The translations under genes were made by a program, and so were the position numbers. Of a stretch of DNA of 64,000 nt, positions 1 to 13,164 are shown piece by piece. Source of the DNA: Lama guanicoe (lineage: Eukaryota); NCBI GenBank assembly GCA_013239625.1, contig MU053304.1:496001-560000 (forward strand), in the 5' to 3' direction. Under the pieces are notes generated by a model that was not told the DNA's origin, did not search any database, and was given only the letters and a program-made list of their open reading frames with translations. Each line of letters opens with the position of its first letter. The stretch's first letter is position 1.

Positions 1-1489
1 TCACCCCATTCTGCCCTGAAGACTCTGATCCTTGCCCTCAGGCCCCTTTCCCAGGCGACACAGTCCTTATCAGTCCACAGTGGCTGCACTGGTGTGTAAG
101 TCTCCCAGGAGTCAGGGCTGCCTGCTGCCTCTGGGCTGCTGGAGGCTAGAAGAGGCAGAGGGGCCAGTAGGAAAGGCCAGGGAAGAGCCAAGTGTCACGG
201 CCTAAAACCCCAGAAATAGGGTCAGGGAGCCCACACCCTGGTGGCTCACTTGTGGGCTCCCCATAGATGAGGGAGTCTGCCTTCCCTATCAAGACAGAAG
301 CACAGAATGAGAATGGCAGCCGAGGACAGGCCTGCTGCTGGCCTGGAAACCCTCAGCAGACAGGCACACCCCTGGCCGCAGAAGAGCTTCTCTCTTCTCT
401 GGACCAGGCCTCCCAATTATGGGTGTGCACATGCATTGTAAGTACAACCATGAACATATATCCATGTCTAGCGACATGTTTCATGAGTGTGGGCCAGATG
501 TGTGTTTGCACATGTGCAGACATGAGCATGTGCCTGTATGTCTGCAGTCATGCCAGCATCCTTCCCATCTAAGGGCTGGGGCACAAAGCTGGACTCTGCA
601 GGTACACAGGTGTTTGCTTTATCTTCCTTTGTATTTTTCTGTATTTTTCAGCCTTCCCAAATTTTAGCGCATGTACATGCCCCCTACACACGTACACAGA
701 GGCTCTCTGCCCTGGTCATCAGCCAGTGAGGGAGGCAGGCATAGTCAGGAAGGTCCACACTGAGTGTGACAAGGGCCGCAGCAGCGAGGACCCAGAGGAG
801 AGAGCAGACAAGCTCTGCCTAAGCAGTTAGGGAGGACTTCCCAGGGGAGGCATCTTCTGAGCTGGGACTCAAGATAAGGAGGCTGCTCCAGGTGAACTGG
901 AGGCCTTCCTTGCTGATCGCGCCTCCCTGCTGCACCCCCTTTCCTCTGGCAGAGCCCTCCCCGCTGTGGCCCCTTGCTTTGCTGTCTCCGTCTCCCATTC
1001 TCACCTTCACTGTGCCCTTGGGACAAGTCCATGTACCTCCCTTGTGCCTCAGTTTTCTGACCAAAACAACAACAGCAAACATAAGCAAATCACACAAACG
1101 GCTAATAATGCAGCCTTATCTGGGTGAGAATGGATCCTCAATTCCAGTGCACGTATTTCATTTGGCTCAGTCTTTTTCTAGAAGTTTCTAAGTCACTAAA
1201 CCCAAGAACAGAAAGGGATTGTGGAACTAACCTAGTCCCATATCACACCCTGGGAGGCATGATCCCTAAATAAGCCTCCTTCAGGGGTCACGTGGTCTCA
1301 GCCTAAACACCTACTTGTACACACAGGCAAGCACACACTCCTGCATGGACACACATACACCTAGAGCAGTGCCCACCTCCCCATCAGCCATCAGGTCCCA
1401 GGTAGCCTCCTCGCCTCCTGCCTTCCTCTCTCCCTCTGCCTCCCTTCCCCGCCTGGAACTGGGGACACAGTGGCCTGGGGAGGGGTGAG

Positions 1490-1625
1490 CTCTGCCTCCT
1501 TCTGCGTCATCTTAGAGAAGTCAGTTAACTTCTCTGAGCCTCAGTTTCTTTTTGTAAAGGTGATAAGGGGATGAGGGAAAAGTTACAGTCTGTAAACTGT
1601 ATACTGCCCTGCAGATGCTACTTAC
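1490..1625 (+). mobile_element. MIR SINE fragment
   Basis: MIR core-like 'agttaacttctctgagcctcagtttctttttgtaaagg'; boundaries approximate. Confidence 0.7.
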
Positions 1626-3389
1626 TATGAGGAAACCGTTTGAGAGCAATTACAGAGCAGCCATCAAGGATAATAGAACAATACAGGGGAAACTGCACAC
1701 ATATGTGCTAGGGAGGCCCCCCAGGAAGAGCACTTTGAGGGTGTCCTCTGTGGCTGCCTTTGGGTGGTATCTCTATGTCCTGCGTTCTCTGCATAAGACA
1801 TAACGCCCCTAATCCCCAGAGCCAGCCTGGGGGAAGGGATCAGCCCCACATGACCAGGAGGACCTGCTGGCTCAGAGAAGTGATCATCCAGCTCAGAGAC
1901 AACAGGCCGGCCCTGGAGTTCAGGTCTCTGGCCCTGAAATGTGGGTGCTTTCCACTCTGTAGCTGCAGTGGGACAGTTTTCAAGCCAGAGAGATTTGACA
2001 AGATGTGAGTCACATGAGTTGATGAAGAGACATCACATTTGCTGTGGGGGAGGGCATTCATTCATTCCCTCTGCAGCACCTGCTTCTGAACACCTATCTC
2101 CTATTGCATAAGTGGGTGAGGACGGGGGTCATTGAAGGGACGCATGTGGGCTCTTACGGGCTTTTGTGGCAGAGACCATCCCCTTCCACCTTAGTTCTAA
2201 AGCAGAGCCCAGGCCTGGGCTGGCAGGGACCAGCCCCACGTAATTACCAGGAGCCTCCTGGTATACATGGGCAGAGCCTCTGTTTTTCATCAAGACCAGT
2301 TAAATGGATCCCAAGGCTTCAGTTGAGGGGGGCAGGAAGGCACAGCGGGAGGGAGTAAAAGGATGAGGGGGCTTCCCTCGGGTCACTCAAGGTGCCCAGG
2401 GAACAAGGGAGCAGGAGACAGAGCCTGGTGGGGCAGGCCAGGTTGGTGTTAGCAGGGCCGGGTGTGGGTCCAGGGCCACCAGGCTTACATATGGGAGGGG
2501 CCAGCGGATGGAGGCAGGCGTCACCTGAGGGAGCAGGGAGCAGCCTGATTAATAGGATGATAGGGTCAGATGGACAGGCAGCCAGGGCTGCTCTGGGCAC
2601 CAGCCTCCCACTCCCCGGCCTCCAGTCAGCCTCGTGGGCTGGGGGCAGGGATGCCGCTAGCCTCTGGTGGGGGTGAGGCTGTGGTGAGTGAATCATGGGC
2701 CGGTGCCAGGAGCCTGCAGGCCTCGGTGCTCACTCCCTGAGGACCAGCTAATTCACTTGGAGCGAGGCTGGCCGCTGACGATGAGAGCAGCCTGCCTGAG
2801 CCCCGCCGAGCCCCGTGCACAGCTGACCACTGAGCAGGGAGCCAGGCAGCGGGGGCCAGGAGGACCTACCGCTGCCACAGGCTTGGCCAGGGCTCCCCAC
2901 ATGCCTTGAGGAGGGGCAGAAATGCTCCCAAGGGAGGGGAGACCCCTATCTGGGCAAGTCTGAGTCTGGGGGTGGAGTGGAGGCACAGATACCCCCTCCT
3001 GAGCTGCAAGGAACCTAATGATGGTGGACAACTGCAAAGGGGGTTAGGAGGAGTGGATGGGGAGGATCAGCCTAGCCCAACATCCCCTGGAGAAGAAGGA
3101 GGAGGAACCAGGTTGAGAGTTCAGCCCCACCAAGAATAGACACTCACATCCCCAAGAAGCCAACCACGTGGAAAACATGGGCTGGCGCCTTGCCAAGCTC
3201 TCCCTCACACATGATGTTTGCTGATGGTGCCGGTGCAGCATTCCCGGGCTGACCCATCCTGTTCATGTCCCTGGCTTTAGTGAGCACATATTGCATGGCT
3301 CTCTGCTGGGGTCCAAACGCTGTTCCAAAGGCTCAGCCAGGAAAGGGGTCAGCACACAGTAATTACAACAGGGATAACAGCCAACTTCC

Positions 3390-3590
3390 ACGCACTGTAT
3401 GTCAGGCCCCAAGCCAGGGCTCTGCTGCCTGGTATGTCCTTGTACCCACCCCAAGGCAGGGACTGTTAAGGATATCCATTTTACAGATGAGAAAACTGAG
3501 GCCCCGAAGGGTAGCGCACTCACCCAAGGCCCTTAACTTGTAAGCAGCAGAGGCAGGTCTGGAATGACTCTGGTGTGTAATCTCTGTTTA
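3390..3590 (-). mobile_element. MIR SINE
   Basis: Reverse MIR core 'ccattttacagatgagaaaactgaggc...cacccaagg'. Confidence 0.8.
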
Positions 3591-4194
3591 GCACAGCTCC
3601 AGGATTCTGGGTTTCAGGGTGGGGCATGGGGGAGATCTTGGGCTTCTGTCCTTAAGGGGTCAAAGGCCCCACCAATGGCTCGATGGGGCCTGAAGAGCTG
3701 GGCACTGGCAAAAGGGAAAGATTATAGGGCTTGCCTTTGGGATCCCTGCTCCTATTTCAGTGTTCCTGGGACCCACTCCCAGGGGACAACACAAACTCTG
3801 GGAGAGACAGTGTATGTGTTTGGAGGGGTGTTTGTGGCAGGGGTGGGGCTACAGGCCTGTGAGGGGTATGGGCTTGCCAAGCCCTGGGGGCTGCATGGTC
3901 CTTCCTGGATGGGCAGTGGGTGATGGACTGGCTCTCCCTCCTTGTGGTGGCTGCCATCCCAGAGCCCGGCACAGGACGTAAGCCTTGGTCCTCTCACTGC
4001 CTGGTGCCCCCTCCCAGGCTCATCTCCAGGACCCAGGCGACTGCAGGGTCTGGAAGCCTCCGTGGCTTTGTACTCCCCAGGCGCAGTGGTCTCCTTCCGG
4101 GTGGGGGAACAAAAGGGACCTCGCTCGGGACAGCGGGTAGCAACCATGCACTCTACCTCCCGCAGGGGCTGTGTCTGGAGTGAAGGGGCCTCGG

Positions 4195-4208
4195 GCGCCC
4201 TCTGCCGG
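4195..4208 (-). promoter_or_regulatory. CTCF motif
   Basis: Minus strand reads CCGGCAGAGGGCGC, matching the CTCF core CC(A/G)(C/G)(C/T)AG(A/G)(G/T)GGC(G/A)C. Confidence 0.6.
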
Positions 4209-4287
4209 CCTGGGGGCCCTGGGAGGAAGGAGCCGGCAGCTGCGGGCCTAGATCAGCGGTCCCTCCTCCTGCACCTGAGGACTAGCT

Positions 4288-4600
4288 GGGTGTGCACTGG
4301 TGGGTACCTGTGTGTGCATGTGTGCGTTGTGTGTGCAAGCATATGTACATGTCCATGGGGGTGTGATTTATGTGAGTGTATCTTGTGTGCATGTGTCTGC
4401 AGATGTGTCTGTGGGTGCTTGTGTGTGTATTTGAGCGTGCATGTGTGTCTGTGTGTGCATATCTGTGCATAAGAATGTGTCAATGTGTGTGCACACCTGC
4501 GTTTATATCTGTGTGTGCAGATGTGTATGAGTGCCTGAGTGTGCCTGTGTCTCTGTGTGTCTATGTGAGTGCCTGTGTGAGGGTGTGTGTCTGTGCACAC
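4288..4600. repeat. Degenerate (TG)n/(CA)n low-complexity tract
   Basis: About 310 bp of interrupted tgtgtg/catg units; produces the Cys/Val- and His/Thr-rich ORFs in the track. Confidence 0.9.
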
Positions 4601-4729
4601 ATCTGCCCCCAGACTTGCCTTGAAGCAGTTGCTGGTTCTGAAAGCACCCTGGTCAGGTGGTCCTTGGAGTGGGCAGCTCACATGGGCATCTGGGAGTCTG
4701 GGAGCAGCAGAGTTGGCCACCAGCCACTC

Positions 4730-5130
4730 TAATGTTTGTTCAGTGCCTACAAGGAGAAGATATATAGTCCTTCTGTCCCTAAAGAACTTTGCTTGTGAGC
4801 AATTATAATCTAGCATGATAATTAGGATGATAAGGACACTAGAGGTGCCTGCAAAATGCAGGGGTAGCCTAAGATGGCCTAAATTGGCCTGAAGCAATCC
4901 CAGAAGGCTCCATGAAGGAGGCAAGACTGAGCTGAGGTTTGAGGGGTAGATAAAGCCTGAGAATTGGACAAGCAGGCAAGGTGGATGAGGATGTGGGGGC
5001 CCAGTGGGCTCAAGGTGCAGAGAGCAGAGAATCAGAGCAGAAGGTGGGGGCGTGCCAGGCAAACAAAAGATCTTCTGGGAGTGCAGTGGGGAAGAGCAAG
5101 GCTGGAGAGGTAGGCCAGGCCCAGGCACCG
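4730..5130 (-). mobile_element. L2 LINE fragment
   Basis: Resembles the reverse-complement L2 3' region ('tgtttgttcagtgcctac...gtccttctgtccctaaagaac...gaaggctccatgaaggagg'). Confidence 0.6.
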
Positions 5131-8100
5131 CAATTCTGCCTAATGGTGGAGGCTCACTGAAGACGTCTCGGCAGGACTGAGACCATCTGTTATGGAGTTG
5201 GAGGGTAGGTGCGGGGGCCCTTTGCCTCCTGCCAACACCTGGGAAGGAAGGCCCACAGTTTCTCATTCCAAGGGGGATCTGGGCACTGAGTCAGGCACCC
5301 CTGCCTGCCACGGAGAAGCATCTCAGGACGAGGATGCCTGGGGCACCCACACTGACCATAGAGGCTCAGACATGGGCCCTGGCGCCCAACAGAGGCCTGG
5401 GAGCTGCAGAGATCATCCTGCTCCCCCTCCAAAGCCCAGTGATGCCCATGCTGCACCAGCTGCAGTAGCCTCTGGGCGCCTCTTTTGCCATCAATGCCTC
5501 CTCTGTGGCCTGGGCGGGTGGGCCGGGTAAGGCCTTGGGCCCCAGCCAGCCTGGTCCCCTCTCAGAGTGGCACCGGGCCGGCCTCCTCAGCACTGGTGTT
5601 GGGGTCTTAAGTCGGCATTCTCCATCCTTAGGGCTTGGTGGCCCTGAATCCCCAGCTGAGGCTGGTCCTGGGCTTACCTGTGAGATCCCTGAACACACAC
5701 TCATTCAGGCTCTGCAAAACAGGCACCTGTGCTCACATGCTCCACATACGGGGATGCGAGAAGTACAGCTCATTTCTCTCAACCCACGGGCTTTTTCGTT
5801 AAGCCCCATTCACCATCTAGAACATTGAGGGGTGTGTTCTTGACCCCACCCCACTTTTTCCCTGTGGCACCCAGGCCTTGGATGGGGGGCCCTGGAGATC
5901 TACTCCTCTAGCACCCCTTGTTCTTGCCCAGCCACACACCTGCTCAGGCTGAGCTTGGGCTCAGTGACACATCCTGAGCTTCTGGGCCCCTGCTACAGGG
6001 CCAAGGCCAATGCTGTGCAGCCCCCAACCCCACCCCGGGAGCTTGTCAATATTCTCACAATCTGCACCGCTGCTCCTCCCACTCCCAGGAAGGGAAGTGA
6101 GCAAAAATGCACTCCTCTGACCACGTGGAGGCCTCTGTGACTCAGGAGCCCAAGCACCCAGGCAAGCCACTCTTCCTTCCCACTAGTGACAATAGTTCAC
6201 TTTCAAGAGAGCTCCCACATAAATTACATCTTCTAGCCCTCCCAACAAACCTGAGAGGGAGGTCTCATGTTGCCCTCAAATTACAGCTGAGGGGGCTGAG
6301 GCCCAGAGAGGTTTAAGGTGTGGAATGGAACCCAGGCCTGGGTAACCCTAGGCCCCCTGGTGTTATCCCTACGCCAGGACCACTGTGCCCCCAAATCCAG
6401 ACCCACCTCACTTCCTGTCACTAGACTGTGGCCCTGACTCTCCACTGCCCTGTCCATCTTATTGCTCCTTGCTCAGCATCTTCTGTGGTTCCCATGGACT
6501 CCAGGATAAACTCCTCATTCACCTTGGGGTTCAAGACCCCTCTGTCATCTGGTCCCATGCCCCCGGCTCACTGTGAACCTCTGCTCCTGTGCTCTCTCAG
6601 TCCCGTCGCCAAACCTTTGCCCAGCTTTCCCACCTCCCCAGACCGCCCTATCTTCCCTCCCACTGCACCTGATCTCATTCCACCCTCGAGAGAAGGAGAG
6701 TGAACTGCTGAGAAGGAAACAAGGGAACTGCCCCCCCCCAAATGTGCTCTGGCCTGGGGCTCACGGTCTGCAAGATGGAAGTTTCCTCGCGGCTGCTTCT
6801 TATAAAGCTCGGCCCCCTACTCCTTAGGGACTGACCCGCAGAAACCCAAGGCCCCGAGATGTGCAGTTTGCCAGATCCTGCCTCTGTCTTTGGAGCCTGG
6901 CGCCAGGCTGACCCTCTTTTGGAGCAGGTGTTGACAGGGAGCTCAAGCTTTGAGGGAAAGAGGAGGTAGTGGGGGAAGAGGAATGCATGGGAGCTGCCAT
7001 CCCCTCCTGGCGCTGCCTCTCCCAGCCCCTGGGAGCTGGCCCCCAGCAGCAGCCACAGGAGCACACCCTCTTGCACAGGTACAGCCCACGTGGCAGGAGC
7101 CGGCTGTGGGCAGGGGACAGCTCTTTGCCCAGGGGAGGTGCCAAGAGGCCAGCCAGACCGTGGGGGAGGGGAGATGGGCATAGATGGAGCAGGGCCCTGG
7201 GGCCACAGGAGGGGAAGCCTTTCCAGGATCCTCTAGGCCTGGGTGACTAGTAGAGGGTCCCACTCCTGACACCCATTGTCCCAGCTGGTCTTCCTGGGGC
7301 CTTGTTTATCTGCATCCTGTCTGATGGCCCACACAGGGGCCCTCCTGGTATTATAGTGGCGGGCTGGGCCAAGGGGCTGACAGGAGCTTCCTGGCTTTCC
7401 CCCAGCCCTGGTCTGCTGCTTTGCCCCTATGGGGAGGCCCCAGGGCCAGCAGACTCTTCCAAGCCTCACATCTGGGAGCCTCTTTACTCCAGGCACTCAG
7501 AGCTCCTTTTAGGGCCTTCATATGGACCGGGAGGTCAGAGACCGGGAGTCTGGGGCTGCTCTGAGTCCTCAGGCGCCCTTGGGCTCCCCTGGGCTCCGGC
7601 CTTTCCTGTGGGCTTCCCCAGGGCTGCTCTCAGGATGTGTGCAGCCTGAGGGGGAGGATTTGACCCTTGGGCTGAGGGGGCCAGATCACCCGAACTAGGC
7701 CCTTCCTGCTCTCCCCTGCCGCAGTCCTAGGAGCAGATGTAGGGCTGGGTGCGAGTAGTGAGGGCCCAGAGTCGGGGTGGCCGAGGGAGGGGCATGATGC
7801 TTCTGGACAGACTCTTCAGCTGGCAGAGGCTCCTGCCAAGACATTTCCCCACCCTGCCCCCGCCCCTCCACTCATTATCAACTTGAGGTTTGTGTGCAAA
7901 CAGCAGCTGGTCTCTTTTGTCAGCCTCCCCTCCCCCTCTCTTTCCCCTTCCCCCTTCTCTCCACCCCAAGGCTTCCCTACTGGCTCTTCTATCTCAGGCC
8001 CTGCCCCTCCCCCAGGTGATTTGGAAGCTGAGACTCTGGGGAGTACCTGGGAGGGGAGGCAGCCCTTGCCCATTCTTGGCCTTGGGTTCTAAGTTCTCCT

Positions 8101-8639
8101 CTAGCCCTTCAAAGAGGCAATATTAAACCCATCTGGGACATGAGAGCCAGAGAAGGTAACAGAGCCAAAGTCACAAGGTGGTCAAGTGCAGAGCCAGAAT
8201 CCAGGCCCAGGTGTGCTTGTTTGCAGAGCCTGCTTGTAGAGCCTGTTTGCTGAGCCAGTCTACTCCCTAGCCTTAGCTGTCCCTCTGATCACCCCAGTGC
8301 CTGGCATCACTCCTTTAGGGGACCCTGGGAATGTGGACCCACTCCCAACCTCCTAGCCTGTGTCAAGGGCTTCAACTGAAGTACTTCTGCGTGCCTATGG
8401 CTGACACAGGAAGGCTGGCAGGGCTGGATGGCAAGGCCCTGTCAGTTACACCCAGGAGTTGGAACTGGACACTGACAGCAATGAGACGGGGAATCTTGCA
8501 AGCAGTGAGCCCTGCACATCGTGGAGGCAGAGAGCAAGAGGCCAGTTAGGAGAACAGGCAAAAAGTAGATGAGTGTGGAGCAGCCACACCTGAGAGCCAC
8601 AGACTTGGCCAGAGTGAATGGTGAGTGGTGGGGATAACA

Positions 8640-9020
8640 CCTGGGTCTGTGGCCTGGGCAACAGCTAGGATGTGAGTCCTATACAGATATCGGAGCAGGT
8701 GTGGCAGAATGAGGCCCTTGAGTTTGAGACAGACTGGATTTGAGATGCTTGAGGAATGTCCAGGTGGAGGTCTCCAGGGGACCCAGGAGACAGGTTGGGG
8801 CAGGGCAGGTGGAGGTTTGGGAGTGGATGAGTTCCTAGAGGGAGGGGGAAATAAGGGGAGAAGGGGACTGAGGTTGGAGTCCTGAGCAGAAGGCTCACAG
8901 GTCAAGGGAGGGGACTGCAAGGAGAGGGAGGAAGATCAAGAGGAGTGTCCACTGGAATTGGGAATACGAAAGTGGCAGAGACTCTGGGAGGGCAAGTCCA
9001 TGGCATGGCAGGGGCTGCGG
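8640..9020 (-). mobile_element. L2 LINE fragment
   Basis: Purine-rich L2-like sequence 'gagtttgagacagactggatttgagatgcttgaggaatgtccaggtggag...ggaggtttgggagtggatgag'. Confidence 0.6.
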
Positions 9021-9599
9021 CCAGTGTGGGTGATATGGCAGCTTACCAGGCACTCACTCCGTTCTCCCTCCCAGGTTTTAGCTCTTTTAATCCTTAAGCA
9101 GGCCTGAGATAACAAGCCTCAATCTCAGGTGGAACTAAGATTAGGCTTGAAGGTGCTGTGTGACCCCCAAGTGTTTGGGGATGAGAGCTCGTTGCTGCCC
9201 CTTGAGTGGAAGTTCACAGAGCACCGCGCTCTGCTGGGTGCGATGGTAACTGAGTTTGAGCCCCTCTGGGGTCGCTGTGGATACCACAAATCCAAACTAG
9301 AGGAGACCACGCGCTGGGTGAGTGGAGGGAACACAGGAGGGAGGCACTTACCACTCCCAGGGGCTCCACAGAGGATGAAACCCCCAAGGTAAGTCTGGAA
9401 GAAAGGCCCCGAGGTCATTAGGTGCTAGCATCTGAAAGGCAGCGGGCAGGGAAGCAGCCTGAGCAAAGGCAAGGAAGTGTGAGAGAGTGAGGCGGCCCAG
9501 AAAGGAAAGGTGGGGCCGCAGTTGGACCACTGCCCAGTCCTCACCCTAGCCCCCCGCCCCTGGTCAAAGTCCAGCCTCTCAAGAGCTTTTCTGGAGCCT

Positions 9600-10215
9600 T
9601 GGCCAGGCCCTCTAGGAGAAGCTGCGGGCACACGAGTGTGCAAGGCCCGTGCTTGGCGGCCAGGGCCAGAGTGCCCCTGGGGCAGGCGAGGCGGGCCCGG
9701 CACACATGGGCGTGCACACACGGAGTACACCGGCGCGTGTACGCGGCCGGGTCCGCGACGGCCGGAAGTCGCAGGGCCGGAGGCCGGAGGCCGGGCCGCC
9801 TGGGCTGCGCCTGGGGCCGCCGGGGCGAGCGGGAACAAAGGGCGCGGCGGGGCGGGGGCAGCCGGGCCGGGCCGTGATTGGCGGCGGGGAGCCAGGGGCA
9901 GGCCCGGCCCGGCCCGGCGGTGATTGGCCGCGGCCACCGCGGGCCCCTCGCGGCCGAAACCCGAATCTGGAACTGCGGCCCGGGACCCGTCCGCACACCG
10001 CCATCTGCGCCGGGGCTGGGCGCAGGCGGGGCTCAGGCTCCTGCCCAGCTCCCCTCGGCTGGCCCTTGGCGGCGGAGCCCCGCAACCCGTGCGCCCAACC
10101 CCACCCCACCCCCAGCGCAGCTGCGCTTAGGGTCCCCCGGGGCCCGGGCAGGGAGGCCTGGGCCACCGCCCCGCGGGGACGCCCGAAGGGCAGGGTTCCT
10201 GTCAGGGGAGGGCCG
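9600..10215. promoter_or_regulatory. CpG island 1 with promoter motifs (ETS, GC box, two CCAAT boxes)
   Basis: Very high GC and CpG density; CCGGAAGT 9762-9769, GGGGCGGGG 9849-9857, GTGATTGGC 9874-9882 and 9920-9928 (CCAAT on the minus strand). Confidence 0.85.
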
Positions 10216-11789
10216 GTGTGTCCAAGTGGAAAGGGGCTAGGACTCAGGCAGCTATCCCTTCCGGGAGCCTGGCCCAGCGCCTTGTGGCAGGGCTGGAAGA
10301 GGGGTCAGCGAACAGGGGACACTCAGGACAGGCTGGGGGTTGGGGAAGGTGGAGGAGGCTGCAGGCTGAAGGATGGCTCAGAGGAGGGATGTTTAGATAA
10401 CCTGAGGCCCGGGCGCCCAAGCCTGACAGCTTGGGTAGTCGCTGGAGTTGATGGCGGCGACAGAACGCCAGACAGGGTCCTGGCGGGCTTAGGGCTGGAG
10501 AAGGAGTTAATTGAGCCAGGCCAGCTCTTGCTGCTTAAGGATTTAGGATGAGGGGCCGTCTCAACTCCAGCCCTCTTTCCTGGCTGCCTGGGAGGTGAGA
10601 GAGAAGGGGTGGAGCGAGGCACCCGGGCCACCAATCACAGCCTCGGCTCCTCTTTGAATCTGGCCTGGCGGGCTCTGGATGCCGGGCGGCCAGGTGTGCT
10701 GGCGCCCTCTTTGTCCCCACTTCCCTGTTCAGGCATGTCTCACTCCACCCCCACCCTTCAGGAGGCTCTGCCCCACCCAGTTGGTTCCCCTGTCCAAGAC
10801 TGAAGCTGGACTTGCTTATGCCAGAGGAGCCCCAGTGACTTGAAATGATGCCTCTCTCCCAGCCCCATTCTCAGCTCTGCAGAGTCATAAGCTACAGGGC
10901 ACAGCTGCCTCAGTCTCCCCAGGAGGGCCACCAAAGTGCTGGGAGTGGAGCGGGTAAGAGCCCAAGATTTGCAACAAAATTCCTGGCAGAGGGCTGGTTC
11001 AGGCACAAGCTGTGGGACCCAGGGCAAGCCCCTTACCTCCAGGGTGGCTGGAAACCAAGATAATAAGGGCCTGATACCAGGTTTTTGTGAGAATTACAGG
11101 AGAGCCTGTAGAGGAAGGGGCTTTGTGAGCCTGAAGTCTCAACATGTGGGAGGGGAGGGGGATGTTATCACTCTGTCCCAATGCTGGGGAGCAAGCAGCC
11201 AGACACTGTGGGTGGGACTCCTGGGCCCTGCCCTGTAAGCAAGGGTCAGGGTGCCAGGTGGGAAGGGAGAGACCAGTGCAGTCCATCCCGTGGAGCCCAG
11301 GCCCTGAACAGAAGGGAGCCAGAGTTGAGGGTACTTGGCCTTCACACCACTCCCAGGCTCTCCAAGAAAGATGTGCAGAAGGATCTGAGGGCTGCTTTTC
11401 CTTTATCTTCAGCCCCAAGGATGTGGAGCCCTCCCGCAGGTGGGGGGCCCACACACTGCTACCCTCTCCCCACTCTGTTTCCCCATCCACTGCTTTCTGC
11501 CTCCTTTTCCCCGCAACTGTGGCATGAAATTGGTCACCAAGCTAGTAGGCTGCTTCCTTCATGTCTCTGAAATCTGTCTTCTTCTCTCTACCCTCCACTG
11601 CCGTCCTAGTCATATCTGGGATTGTGGTGACATCCTCCACCTCCCCAGTCCCCGTACCCAGGCTGGCCCACTCTACAGCTAGCATAAAATGCAAGCTAGG
11701 TCTTTTCCTTTTCCTGCTAAAATTCTCTAGTGGCTCCCCACTGCCCCCAGGGACCCCTGATTGGACATACCAGGGAGTTCTAGTAAGTG

Positions 11790-12130
11790 GGAAAACCCAC
11801 ACTCTGGAACAAGCCTGCTTACCACTGACTGCTGAGGCCGCTCCTTGCTAACTGTGCCTTGTTTTCCCCATCTGTAAAATGGAGATGATAACAACTGGGC
11901 AGCGTTTTAAGTGCTTTGCACATAATCATATTGATCCATTTACTCCTTACAATGACTTTATGAGGTAAGTAACTATCATTATGCCTGCTTTACTGCACCC
12001 GCAATACCCACAATAAAAGGAGAATAATGGAGCACGTAGTTCACACAGTTATGGTTTAAATGAGTTAATGCATATAAAAATCTAGAAGAGCTTGGAGCAC
12101 AGCTGGTGCTCAGTACATTCTAGCTGTTTT
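11790..12130 (+). mobile_element. MIR SINE with an opposite-orientation MIR fragment nested at about 11895-11995
   Basis: 'ttttccccatctgtaaaatggagatgataac' is followed by reverse MIR 'gtgctttgcacata...tttactccttacaatgactttatgaggtaag', then the MIR tail 'aaatgagttaatgcatataaaa'. Confidence 0.65.
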
Positions 12131-13164
12131 GACCCAGCCCCTCCTGCCAACGCCTTCCCCATTTAACTTCCCATCCTGCTGAAGCATAGGTACGTGCCTC
12201 TTTCTTTGCCCTAATCACCTGCCCTCTACCCTTTCTCTTCTGGGTCCTATCACCTTGCACAGAATGTGTGCTTAATACATATTTAAGGAATGAATGAAGA
12301 GGTTTTTGGTAGGAGGCTGAGTTGAAAGGGATTATTCAATGCTCATGCACCCCCTGGTGGCCATCCTGGGCATTCCAGGCCTTGGCGCATCCTTTAAAAT
12401 AAATAGGAAGACAGAAGACAGACTCAGAACCTGGGAAGCTAGGAGGCTGCCATCTGAAGACAGACTGCAACCAGGGGGCTGATCCCAGGACTTAGGCACC
12501 AAATGTCAAAGTGGCTGCAGAGATTCTCAGCCCCCAGCCAGCTTGACCTTTCTTCTTCTTCTCTGAGAACTCTCTGTGTGTATTTGTCAATGTGAGCTGG
12601 ACTGTGTGCTCAAGAGGCCAAGAGTTCAGCCTGTCTGCACAGAACAGATGGTGGAGGCAGGTTCTGTCTTCAGAAGATGTATGTGTGGGTGGGGCATGTG
12701 TGACTGAGCCCACGTTCATGTATGTGTCCCTGCTTGTGTGTGGCTGTCACCAGAACCTGTCTGGGTTAAGGATGCCGGGCCTTGGCTGCCTCTGAGCCTA
12801 GGATGGGCTGCAAGCCTGTCACTGGAGCTTTCTGGATCTCAGTGTACTGCATGGTGTCCAAGTGTCTGTGTTCTAGAAGGACCAACATCCAAGCCTTGAG
12901 CCTTCCTGCTCACGTGGCAGCTATCTGGCTGCCCTGGGTCTGTGTGTGCACCTGGGAAGGAAGCTGGTTTACCTCTCGCTTTCTCTTGAGTGTGTGTATT
13001 CACTGTGCCCGTATAACTGGCCTCTTGTAGTTCCACCTGTTTCTGCCGAGCCCTGCTGTGTGTGCTCCTGGGGTAGGAAGGGGTTGTATACCCTCATTCA
13101 AGAGCATCTTATGAGTATACTTGTGTCTCTCCTCTTTATTTTGCCAGATTATCTTCCTGTGCAT

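Noticed and set aside
4253..5266. 337-aa ORF (-) with His/Thr repeats; Cys-rich ORFs on (+)
   Set aside because: Translation of a (CA/TG)n tract plus an L2 fragment; not a metallothionein or zinc-finger gene
9649..10551. 300-aa ORF (+) and overlapping ORFs on both strands
   Set aside because: Lies in a CpG island where stop codons are scarce; Gly/Arg/Pro/Ala-rich, non-ATG start, no recognisable domain
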